From Ostreococcus tauri (taxonomy: Eukaryota): a stretch of 32,000 nucleotides of DNA. Numbering within the stretch: the stretch's first letter is position 1; the number at the start of each line of letters is the position of its first letter. The translations under genes and the position numbers were made by a program. The notes beneath the pieces are model-generated. The model was not told the DNA's origin. It did not search any database and saw only the letters and a list, made by a program, of their open reading frames with translations. Positions 1-9,309 of this stretch are shown one piece after another. The stretch is taken from positions 100,624-132,623 of the forward strand of contig CAID01000002.2 of the NCBI GenBank assembly GCA_000214015.2, in the 5' to 3' direction.

Positions 1-122
1 GTGAATGTTTTGGTCAGAATCCCCCGCGTATACCTCGCCCTCGCGCGTCGCGGAGTGCGTCTCCGACCGTCTCGACGGCGCGGTGTGGATGTACGAAGCC
101 TTCTTCACGACAGGGCAGATCG

Positions 123-1153
123 TTGGGTGCAGTGAGTACGGCAGCGTCTCCCGGTGACGACGTCCATGGTCAAGTTCAAGTCGCTGAAGACGCTCGTAAA
201 GTTGCCGTCTCGGTGCTCGCCAACGAGCGTCGAAGAGCGATTTCCAAGCAAGCTCTTCACAAAGTGACGGCGACGGTTCTTTTCATGCACAATCCGAGCT
301 TCACGTACGGTTTGGTGTCACAGACCGCGTTCCTGAACCGTGTGAAGAGAATGAGAGAAGATGAGGACGTCAAGCGCGAAGCGCGTGCGGTGGTCACTGA
401 AGAGGTCGCCGAGGCTTCGAATGAGTCAGAAGACACCGCGGATGTTAGCGACGATACCGCACAAATCCGTCAGCAAGAACGCGCGCGGAATCCGCAGCCT
501 TTCTTCATCGAGTTGGTGCACCAACTTTACCCATGGGGATATCACGCCTACGGAAGCATACGATACCAACAGCATGTGCACGGACGACTTCCGGATCGTG
601 AAGCATCTCATCGACGACGCGAAAAGAAAACATTCAAGAGAACGTCATTACTACGCCTACTAAGAAGAGAAAGACGCGTCGGGCGCACTTCTTTGACGAG
701 GCTTTGGAGCCAATACTGGTCCGGCTTGAAACGCAATGTAACAACCGAGAAAAAGTGAAGAAGAGACGGACCCAAATTGCACAAAATGTGACCGATGCTC
801 GTTGCAAGGCGAAGACTGAAGACATTCAATAGTACGCGGAGCTATGTAGAGGCTTGGAACAGACAGGTGCGCTCGAGAAAGCACTCACAAAGATGGAAAT
901 TCGCAAGGTGGTGCGAGCGACGCGGTCAAAGGTGCCCCAGAACAGCAATATTGAATGCCTACGAAACGAGCTCAAAAATATCAACGCGCGACTTTACGAA
1001 GCGAACGCGAAGGCTCCTATTATCCGGAAGAATCAAGTGTCGAAAAAGTCAAGTCGAACGTCATCCATATCCGATGCAAGCGTGCAATGCGCGCTGATGT
1101 GCCATGATGACGTGTTGACACTGCAACTTACGTATACCGAAATGAACGCCTAG
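123..1153 (+). CDS. Hypothetical protein, multi-exon, 5' part unresolved (may continue upstream of the window)
   Basis: The open reading switches frame 3 -> 1 -> 2 across this span. There are two candidate phase-0 introns with identical GTGAAG donors. One is 598-664 (67 nt, acceptor CTACTAAG). The other is 755-832 (78 nt, acceptor TTCAATAG) and contains the otherwise in-frame TAG at 830-832. The spliced reading is ...TDDFRI|KRKTRRAHFFDEALEPILVRLETQCNNREK|YAELCRGLEQTGALEKALTKMEIRK..., ending at TAG 1151-1153. No family recognised. The junction between the frame-3 and frame-1 parts (about 470-575) is not resolved. Confidence 0.3.
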
Positions 1154-1742
1154 CTCGTCGTCGAATAATCTGGAACCCCGCGTATCTGTGAAACGAATGG
1201 TTTTGAAGTGTCAGACAAAGTTTTGCGTCCTGTCGATCACGTTCGTCGTCGCTAGGCCGGATCAAAGTCGTCAAATCTAGACCCTGAAATCGCGAAAAAC
1301 ACTCGAGCTATCAAATCATTATTTTCGATAAAATTCACGTCCAAAAAGCATGAACTTCGATTGGACCTCGACGGCGCTACACTCGACGTGAAACAACGAA
1401 CAATGTCGCGTTTGAAAGCTCTTGACGTTTTATAAAATATATCCGCGATTCATTGCCATCGGACAAGGCTCCGCGACGCTACACGTGCGCAACGACAGAA
1501 ATTCACGTTTTCCACACTTTTTTTCGATTTCTACCGAAATGGTACACTTTTTTTCGATTTCTATATCCGTACGTATCAGGCCCAGCAGGCCTATGTACAA
1601 AGCGTTGCGCCTATACTCTGTTGGCGGCTGGAACAATCGCGTAGCAACAGGAGACGCGCCAACTCCACGCACCGGCGATATATCAATATCGAGGCAAGTC
1701 TGAGAGACCACACGCGTTTCCCGCGCAGCTTTGACCAAAACG

Positions 1743-2933
1743 ATGAAGGGCTCGCACGCGGGGAGGGATATATGTGAAGTCGACCAAGAGCTTGTCGGTA
1801 CGCCGACAAAGCGGTGTGCGAGAGAAAACCCGCCCACGCGACGCGTGGAGTTTGCCTCTTCGATCAAAGATAAAGTCGTCAAGCGTTGGACCATCATCAA
1901 GCACGCGTCTGGTGAGGCGGATCGCTCCCACGCTCGGCATACGGCAGTCGCATGTACCAGAAGGAAACAAAGAGAGACCAGCAGGCGCCGTTTCAATTTC
2001 ACTAGACTGAAGGATTTCGACTTCAAGAGCTCACATGAAGGCACAATCCTCGGAGTGAGTTTCCATCACGCAAGTAACGTAGCTGCGTGCGTCACCGCGG
2101 GCTCACGTGTTCATTTGCTTCGTATTGATGGGACCTCAAACAATATAATACAGTCTTTGTCGTTGACTGGCAGAGTTAAGACTGTAGAGTTCAGTCGAGT
2201 GAACGATCAGGTGATAGTTTGTGGTAAAAGTGGCTTATTCTTTGGTAATGTTGAAAGTGGTAGCGTTGAGAAAATTTCTCTACCGACAAGCTGTGCGACA
2301 GATGGCACGTTTGTCCAAACGGCAGGTTCGGACATCGTAGGAGTTGTCAGCTCAAACGAGTTGTGCATATTATCACAAAAAAGTCGGACGTGTGTTGCGA
2401 GCGTGAAAATGAGTGCACCAGTACGTTCGTGCACGTTTAGTCCCTCGGGCAATGAGATCACATGTGCAGCTGCAGATGGGAAAATTTATTGTTGGGACGT
2501 GCGAACACAGAGGTGTGCTCGGGTCGCTGGAGGTTTTGATAGTGTGGTACAGATATGTTCGTCACCTGATGGTAAAAATGTCATTACCGGCTTAGATGAT
2601 GGAACGGTGGAAATCTATAATGCAAGTGATATATCATGGGATGTTGCAAAAGATGGACAGAAAAAAGCAAGAAGTATATCAAGCTTTCGCACACGAATTA
2701 CTTCTTTGAATGTAGATCCTAGGGCTGACTTTGTCGCTATGTCGTCGTCACTCGAGCGAAATGCGTTGAGGCTACTCCATCTTCCATCTCTTTCTTTGGT
2801 GAACACGTGGCCAACTAGCATGACCCCATTGCACTATGTGTCTGCACACGCTTTTAGCCACGACGGGACCATCCTGGCTATTGCGAACGCAAGAGGGCGA
2901 GTACTCACGTACAGCGCGAGCACACCCTCATGA
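1743..2933 (+). CDS. UTP18: WD40-repeat protein, UTP18-like (U3 snoRNP / SSU processome component)
   Basis: Uninterrupted ORF with its first ATG at 1743; the track ORF begins at an upstream TTG. The segment NFTRLKDFDFKSSHEGTILGVSFHHASNVAACVTAGSRVHLLRIDGTSNNIIQSL and the C-terminal LRLLHLPSLSLVNTWPTS...FSHDGTILAIANARGRVLTY fit the UTP18 family pattern as I remember it. The N-terminus is shorter than in animal or yeast UTP18. Confidence 0.6.
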   Translation: MKGSHAGRDICEVDQELVGTPTKRCARENPPTRRVEFASSIKDKVVKRWTIIKHASGEADRSHARHTAVACTRRKQRETSRRRFNFTRLKDFDFKSSHEGTILGVSFHHASNVAACVTAGSRVHLLRIDGTSNNIIQSLSLTGRVKTVEFSRVNDQVIVCGKSGLFFGNVESGSVEKISLPTSCATDGTFVQTAGSDIVGVVSSNELCILSQKSRTCVASVKMSAPVRSCTFSPSGNEITCAAADGKIYCWDVRTQRCARVAGGFDSVVQICSSPDGKNVITGLDDGTVEIYNASDISWDVAKDGQKKARSISSFRTRITSLNVDPRADFVAMSSSLERNALRLLHLPSLSLVNTWPTSMTPLHYVSAHAFSHDGTILAIANARGRVLTYSASTPS

Positions 2934-3662
2934 GCTCTGGCGAATCCAGGAGGACGTACGATCCTGTTCCAACTTGACGTGCTACAAACTGGCGCAAAAG
3001 GTACGTGTATTCTTTTTCGGCATATAAGACCGCGTGAGTGGGAACAACAAGTGTCTAAAAGCGCTCTGAACGTATCGAGACAACCAAGAAGAACAAGAAC
3101 AAGAAAATAGCATAGACTGTTCCAGTTGATGTAAGCATTTCCAGGCCAGTATGATCCTAAACTGAGCGGCGACGATACGTTGCCTGGTTGCACGGAGGCC
3201 CAACAGAAGCTTCTCGCGCGTCTTCTCGGCTACTTGACCTTGACTTTGTTGTGTTCGAAGAAGTGCCTGTCAAACACGTTAGTATTTTTGAACAATGTAA
3301 TAATGGTGTGAACGCTTTCGCGCTCGTGGTAGTCACATGCTAAAAGAACGAGACGTTTTACTCCCCTTGGTTGCTACAAGGTGCCGCAACAGCAGTAGTT
3401 CACTCGCGTTATTACTTGACGCTGAAGCCTGCCCCGTGGGACCAGACGTACTCTTGCATTCGAGTAACCTTTTTACTTGCATCCGAGGCGGATCTAAAGA
3501 GTCGAGGCGGGTCTAAAGAGTGTGTAGATTGGGTGCTAGCGTGTGGGTGCTCGCAGCCGGGCAGTGCCGGGTATTCCGAAAAAGAGTGGCTCGTTATGCT
3601 AGACAAATATTGCTGCTCATTGCAACGTCTAAGGCGAGGAACAATCAAATTGTGAATCAAAG

Positions 3663-4988
3663 ATGGAGGATCGCGGTTATCTAGAAGGGCGCTCTCACGA
3701 GGAGCAAGCTAACCACAATGAGCTTTACCAGAATCAGTTACGAAGGATAAAGCATCTAAAAATGTGCGGGGCAACGAAGACCAAGCTGTGCGAAGCGGCG
3801 AAAGTCCTAAAGTCTATCAAATGCGCGCTTCGTACTAAGCGCAAGGCGACAAACACCGACAGTGGACCCGAAGCAAGCCGCTTCTATCCGCCGCCACTAG
3901 TTCTTCCCACAGATGAAGAGGGCTTTGTGGTATCTTTTGATGCGATGCGAGCATTAGATGAACATGGAGTAGAGACCGAATGCGCCAGATACTTCTTCAT
4001 GAAGTATGGTTTTGTGATATTCCGCGGCGTCCTCAATCCCAAGCAGTGCAAAGATACTGCGGCTGAAATTTGGTCCCACTTAGAACGGCAGTACCCTGAG
4101 CTGAGACGTGAGGTCCCGAGCACTTATTCTGTCCTATCATCAAAAACGTATGGACTTGCATCCGAACCAGCGATTTTTACACCACAAATTGTACGCAATA
4201 GATGCAATCAATATGTGGTCAAAGCTCTTCGTTTACTGCTGAATAAAACAGATATCTTAGTGTCACACGATCGTTGGTGCCTTTACAGGCCTACTAAGAA
4301 CATAAAAACTGAAGACTGTTCAATAGATAGGCCTGAATGGAAGACGAAAGGAAATTTGCACCTAGATTTGAACCCGTGGTTATATTTGGAAAACGAAATT
4401 CCACAGTTACTCAACTATGACAACTTGCGCGATTTTAGCAAGGAAATGAATAGCGTGACAGAGAAATCCGGTCCCCACGTTCAAGGCGTTTTGTCTATCT
4501 TAGACAATCTTGAACAAGACGGTGGTACAGTTCTTGTGCCTGGATTTCACAAAGTATTTTCCAGGTGGGTGCAACACCTAGGACCAATGGAGCAGTATGT
4601 GAACCACAGTGTTGCGAACGCAAATAGGCTTGTTTGGCGCGGAAACGGTGCAGGTAGTTTCAAGTTTGACGATCTTGACCCCGTGCACACTTTGAAGCAT
4701 CGGATTTCGTTGCGAGCTGGTAGTTTTCTAGTGTGGGATCAGCGACTTGTTCATGGTTCTTTACCGAATAACAGCTCTAAGTTGCGCATGGCTCAGTTTA
4801 TCAAGGCATTCGGAAGACAAGGGATTAATGATACACAGTACAACAGAAGATCTCAATCTATCTGCAAGCATATGAAGATGGCTGGTACGCTCGCTTTGGA
4901 TGGGCTCAAACGCGATGCATGGCAGGTACTAGGAATCCAACCTCAAGGACAGAATTCAACTACGGCTGTTGAAGACTCAACACGATGA
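3663..4988 (+). CDS. Phytanoyl-CoA dioxygenase (PhyH)-family 2OG/Fe(II) oxygenase
   Basis: Uninterrupted 441-aa ORF starting at ATG 3663. It shows PhyH-type motifs: HLDLNPW (H-x-D), SILDNLEQDGGTVLVPGFH (compare aLDd.t.eNG.l.v.PGSH), and the distal LVWDQRLVHGSLPNNS. Confidence 0.7.
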   Translation: MEDRGYLEGRSHEEQANHNELYQNQLRRIKHLKMCGATKTKLCEAAKVLKSIKCALRTKRKATNTDSGPEASRFYPPPLVLPTDEEGFVVSFDAMRALDEHGVETECARYFFMKYGFVIFRGVLNPKQCKDTAAEIWSHLERQYPELRREVPSTYSVLSSKTYGLASEPAIFTPQIVRNRCNQYVVKALRLLLNKTDILVSHDRWCLYRPTKNIKTEDCSIDRPEWKTKGNLHLDLNPWLYLENEIPQLLNYDNLRDFSKEMNSVTEKSGPHVQGVLSILDNLEQDGGTVLVPGFHKVFSRWVQHLGPMEQYVNHSVANANRLVWRGNGAGSFKFDDLDPVHTLKHRISLRAGSFLVWDQRLVHGSLPNNSSKLRMAQFIKAFGRQGINDTQYNRRSQSICKHMKMAGTLALDGLKRDAWQVLGIQPQGQNSTTAVEDSTR

Positions 4989-6431
4989 CTGTACATCTGT
5001 ATTCCAATTATCAAAAACTTCATGATTTTTTTGTTTGTGTAGCATGAGTCGGTCTAGCGCGAGCCAAAGGTGCCCCTGTATTGTTGATTTGTCGTGCAGT
5101 AAAGTTCTAGCCTTCTCGGCGTTGCTATTACGCAGTCGCTCCAAATAGAGTGAATCTGTGAGTATTGAAGTTTGCCTGAATGCCTTACACAGTTGTTCGG
5201 TTTTTCGAAGATTTTGAGTCGCGACCATTACTGCATTGTCTTGACTTTGGCGCTCATTTTGATACTGAACCTCTAATTTTCTCACAAGCTGCTCGAGCGT
5301 AGTAAGTCTTCTGCTTCGATTCTCCCCGTCGCAGATGGTCTGATGCAGCACATTTTCTGCAGAAATCACCTTCTTAACTTCGCAACCATGTTCGAAAGAA
5401 GTGCGTGAAATTTCGTCGTTCATTGACATTTTAAGTTCATGCATTAGTCTCGTCAGCTCGCCGTCAACGAGCACATGTGGCTCAAGGCTGAGTCTTGAAT
5501 GGAAAACTTGTGCATACGCCTGTGATAGTCTTGTTGAAGCTGCCAAGGTAGTAAATTGGTTTAACATGAGCTTGACGGAATTAGATAGCTCAGTCATGGC
5601 TGAATTGTGAGTAAAAACAACTGAACGAAAATTGCTAAGTTCCTCTGAGTGTCTCATCACTTTGGAATTCTGGTGCACATGTTTCATCGGAGTGAGTACC
5701 TCTTTGCTAGGTCCGTTAGATTGATCTTGAAGACTGACGTTTCGACTTTTCCACTGTAAAATAGTAGACTTCGCCTCCCGTACATTTTCTGACATTAAGA
5801 TAAAACTTTGTCTTGCGTCCTCAAGCTTCGAGATTAGCCTCCGTTTGGCTGCCACGCTGGTCCTTGCTCGAAAAATTTTACTCAACATATCATTCGAGAC
5901 GGATCGTAATCGGGTGTTTGTAACAATTATATCATCGAGAAGCTCTGGTAGCTCATTTGACTCGTGGGGACGCTCGGGCTTCGTTATCCCTCCTGCCTGA
6001 CCATCTTCTAGAAATACTTTGTATATTGTTTTTAACTGTCCGTACAGTTCAGGGACTCCAACACCCTGAGACGATGTGTTGACATCGCAAGCACGCTCGT
6101 AACGTAGCAGCATAACTAGCCAACTAAAGTTCGCGACGAGTTGTCGCTCTTGGCCACTTTTATGTCCGAGCGTCAAATTATTCAGCCAAAAGGGGTACTT
6201 CACACACTTCAGTACAAAATGGAAATGCTCCATGTCCTCGGCACCGTTCACTTCGTATCCGACAAGGCGTGACAACGATCGGATCAGCGAATCAATGTCT
6301 CCAGTGTCGCTTGGTTTAGTTGTGTAATCGCCCGTGTTTCGCGTGGAGCTGAAAGCTGCGACAAAGTCTGTTGAGCGGCGCCAACAAGACCGGGCATACT
6401 CCTCGTCGTGAAAGGGCCTAGGATCGCCCAT
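4977..6431 (-). CDS. NDC80: Kinetochore protein NDC80/HEC1 homolog
   Basis: Uninterrupted 484-aa ORF starting at ATG 6431. The N-terminal GDPRPFHDEEYARSC... matches the NDC80 DPRP.-D motif, and LKCVKYPFWLNNL...LVANFSWLVMLLRY matches the calponin-homology region (L.YPF......WP.....L.WL). The remainder is a long heptad-rich coiled-coil. Confidence 0.6.
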   Translation of the reverse strand: MGDPRPFHDEEYARSCWRRSTDFVAAFSSTRNTGDYTTKPSDTGDIDSLIRSLSRLVGYEVNGAEDMEHFHFVLKCVKYPFWLNNLTLGHKSGQERQLVANFSWLVMLLRYERACDVNTSSQGVGVPELYGQLKTIYKVFLEDGQAGGITKPERPHESNELPELLDDIIVTNTRLRSVSNDMLSKIFRARTSVAAKRRLISKLEDARQSFILMSENVREAKSTILQWKSRNVSLQDQSNGPSKEVLTPMKHVHQNSKVMRHSEELSNFRSVVFTHNSAMTELSNSVKLMLNQFTTLAASTRLSQAYAQVFHSRLSLEPHVLVDGELTRLMHELKMSMNDEISRTSFEHGCEVKKVISAENVLHQTICDGENRSRRLTTLEQLVRKLEVQYQNERQSQDNAVMVATQNLRKTEQLCKAFRQTSILTDSLYLERLRNSNAEKARTLLHDKSTIQGHLWLALDRLMLHKQKNHEVFDNWNTDVQSSC

Positions 6432-6845
6432 GATTTCCGTGTGTGCGTTCGTCGAACAATATAGATAGAGGAGTACTCCAAGTGAGTGTCAACGGACAAG
6501 GTTTGTGGCGCGTCGACAGCAGTTGATGCGGACTCGTTCCTAACGGCAATCGCCAGGCTTCTCAACGTTTGATCGATCAAATCTGATTCAAGGAATCGAA
6601 CTTTGACTAAACCCTAAACCCCCGTCCGAGTGGTCGAAATGACGGGCATTTGGGCACATCTTTCGCGCGCTTTCTCCGACGCGTCGAGTGATTTGAGTAC
6701 GGTTTGCGACATTCACTGGCAACTAACATCACTCAGGAACCGCGTTCTGGTGGAGAAACCGTGCGCGGGACGGTTTCTTGACGCCGTCCGACGACATCCA
6801 CGTCGCGCGGCAGCCACGGCGATTTCAACGGGCGACGGTCCGAAA

Positions 6846-7719
6846 GGGTGAGTCTCATTTTCCCTACGTTTTTAAAGAGACCTACGTTTATCTTAGTGTA
6901 AATGAGACTGTTCATAAAAACGCACGCCGTGTCGACACGGCGTAGCGTATTGCTCTGAAATTAGGTCTGTAGGCGTAAAACAATGCCATGCACCATTCAA
7001 CAAAGTTTCGCATCGATCAGTGCACCAGCACGACGACGGCATAGTAGTTTCTGCGCGCAGCTCTGCCTCCTGCCCGATCACGGAAGTCGATTGACGAGTT
7101 ATGACTCAAGGAATAAGTGGGGTAAAAGCGGGTAAAACGGGGTTGTCTGGAATGTGAGCCTAAAAAGGTGTACATCCGGTTGGCGTCGGCGAAGACCATA
7201 GCGAGTTACTCACGTTTTTCGCGTCACAGGAGAACGTGTCGTGAATGTCATATTGACAAAGCGGCGCGCTAAGTAGAAGCACATATGGAAGTTCAGAATG
7301 TGATAGGACAACTAGCCGCTTAAGCACCAAATAGATGTGTCCAATTCAAGTTCATCATAGTACACGTGTAATGGATCCTTCACGTTCGCGTACCAATAAC
7401 GCGAGTCGTTTGAGAGATGGCATTCGTGAGATCAGCGAGGGGACTCGACTGTTCCGACGACTCCGCGGCGAAATCGTCGGCGACACCGTCCGATCGCGTG
7501 GATGATGTTCGCGTCATCATGGTTCGAGTGCTCTCCGTCGCTGTGCGAGCGTCGACGATGCGCTCTTCACCTTGCCGTCGTCGACGCAACACGCGTAGGG
7601 TAAATGAGACTCTTCCGCCGCGGAAAGTCTCATTTACCCTACGATGTCGTAGGGAAAATGAGACTCTTCGTAGGGCAAATGGGGTCTCTTTAAAAGCGTA
7701 GGGTAAATGAGACTTCCCG
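6846..7719. mobile_element. Non-autonomous DNA transposon with 9-bp TSD (Mutator-like by TSD length)
   Basis: A perfect 9-bp direct repeat GGTCCGAAA lies at 6837-6845 and 7720-7728. It flanks 23-bp terminal inverted repeats: GGGTGAGTCTCATTTTCCCTACG at 6846-6868 versus the reverse complement of 7697-7719, CGGGAAGTCTCATTTACCCTACG (19/23 identical). More copies of the AGTCTCATTT(A/T)CCCTACG motif occur in both orientations at about 7597-7680. The element is 874 bp. Its internal ORFs are Arg-rich and overlap on both strands, so there is no credible transposase. Confidence 0.6.
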
Positions 7720-7899
7720 GGTCCGAAAAAACGGGCAAATCTAGGGTTTAGTTTACGAATGAGGACTCTTGAATGACGAGAGCGGGTCGACGTGGAGGGA
7801 TTTTGACTTATAGTCAAAATCCCCAAAACAGCTGCAATTTGCACCTGCAATTTTGCTCTTTTGCATCTTGCAGGTAAAATTTCCCCCACCCCTAGCCTT

Positions 7900-9204
7900 G
7901 GGGGTGGCTAAATCTCAGGCCGAAGCAACTTTTTATCAATTGACCAACGTATAATGTATTGAATTTCTAAACTATCAAACAGCGATAAATCTGTCGAAAA
8001 TCCGTTCACATACGACCAATCAGGACTCACATCTGTGAGAGGGGGGGTGGCTAAATGGATTTTGACTAATCTCGGCCATGGTTGTGCACACCTTTTCTTG
8101 AGTGAGAATTTTAGCAATCTCCCTTTCAGGCTGAAAGGGAGATTGCTAAAATTCTATACTTGTAATTTTGATACTTCATAATCGGTCACGTCATGTATGG
8201 GTAAACAGTATGATCGGGGTACTCCAACTTGTGTTTTACCTTCAACAAATTTCGGCAAGTTTTCGCAACACGCGACATGTGTGCGCGGATAACGCGCCGA
8301 CGAGGCAGGGAGGACGTGCGCATGCTTCGCCACACGTAGTATCCACCACACACTATCGGATCATTGACGTTCTCACGAGAAGAAATCGCGCAGTCGAATG
8401 TAGAAGGTAGAACAACCTCACTCTGACAGAGCCGTGAGGAGACACCTTGAATCCTGCCTAAACCCTAGATAAACCCTAACAAAACCCTAGTTAGGGTTGA
8501 TGGCACGTGCACAGCACTGCAATACACGCTGACACCACAGTTAAGTGGATACGATGAACAACACAAGGCGTTCAAAGTCCTTTCCGAAGCCCGTAACGCG
8601 GATGAAAGTGACACGTCGAGCGCCTGTGCGCGTAGAACACTCGCGAGAAATAGACACCTAAACCCTATGTAGGGTTTAGGTGGGGTTTAGGTGGGGTCTA
8701 GACGTGGTTTCTTGAGAGTTTGGCGTGGAGTACCAGAGCGCGAGGAACTGCGTGAGGACGTCGCTATGTCCGTCGTACGCCACAGAAACTGGATGAATCT
8801 GATGTAACATGCATGTATCTACAACTGTTCATCGCTGCGCGCGTCCTCCCTGCCTCGTCGTCGCGTTATCCGCGCACACGTGTCGCGTGTTGCGAAAACT
8901 TGCCGAAATTTGTGCAAGGTAAAACACAATGGCTGTACCCTAGGACCTCATACTGTTTGCACATATACAAGTTTTAGAATGACAATTTCAATAGTTTAAC
9001 GCAAGAACGCTCATTCGCTGAATTGGAAAATCATCCACCCAAGATCCGGCGGAACCGTTCAGAGGGATACTGGCTTGAATAGATAGTGTAATATGCAATT
9101 GTATTAAAATGTATTTTTATATATTTAGATGAGTTTCAATGGATACTACATACGTACATGCGAAATGATAAAAAGTTGCTTCGGCCTGAGATTTAGCCAC
9201 CCCC
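7900..9204. mobile_element. Composite non-autonomous TIR element (1305 bp) with perfect 39-bp terminal inverted repeats
   Basis: GGGGGTGGCTAAATCTCAGGCCGAAGCAACTTTTTATCA at 7900-7938 is exactly reverse-complementary to 9166-9204. A solo copy of the same terminus lies at about 22138-22168. The interior has no long credible ORF. It carries two head-to-head partial copies of the 17148-17613 foldback family (about 8062-8330 forward and 8700-8935 reverse). It also carries a 51-bp hairpin insertion and telomere-like palindromes. No clear TSD found. Confidence 0.6.
8105..8155. repeat. 51-bp perfect hairpin palindrome (25-nt arms, 1-nt spacer), inserted in a MITE arm
   Basis: AGAATTTTAGCAATCTCCCTTTCAG (8105-8129), then g, then CTGAAAGGGAGATTGCTAAAATTCT (8131-8155). 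The second arm is the exact reverse complement of the first. The homologous MITE arm at 17190-17200 reads CTTGAG|TCATAATCGG without this block, so the block is an insertion here. Confidence 0.8.
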
Positions 9205-9309
9205 GCCCGGTGTCCCGGGAGCCTGAGTGAAAGGAGAAAGCTGGCGGCGCTGGAGTGGACGCCACCCAAGCTTATGCAGAGTTGCCCTCCGTTCAAGCCA
9301 GAGGATTGA

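Noticed and set aside
1515-1563. Direct repeat of the 19-mer CACTTTTTTTCGATTTCTA (1515-1533 and 1545-1563) about 180 bp upstream of UTP18, as a possible promoter element.
   Set aside because: There are only two copies in low-complexity T-rich sequence, and no independent evidence of function. It is noted but not called as regulatory.
3230-3339. Possible terminal exon of a small minus-strand gene between UTP18 and the PhyH gene. It reads ...CDYHERESVHTIITLFKNTNVFDRHFFEHNKVKVK* and is preceded by a strong TTCTTTTAG acceptor.
   Set aside because: I could not find in-phase upstream exons or recognise the family. It is left out of the feature list. RNA-seq would decide.
7380-7889. Overlapping ORFs of 94-169 aa on both strands, and likewise 16285-16647 and 13258-13808.
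   Set aside because: They fall entirely within repeat or transposon sequence with inverted motif copies. Their translations are Arg-rich low complexity, and they overlap each other on opposite strands.
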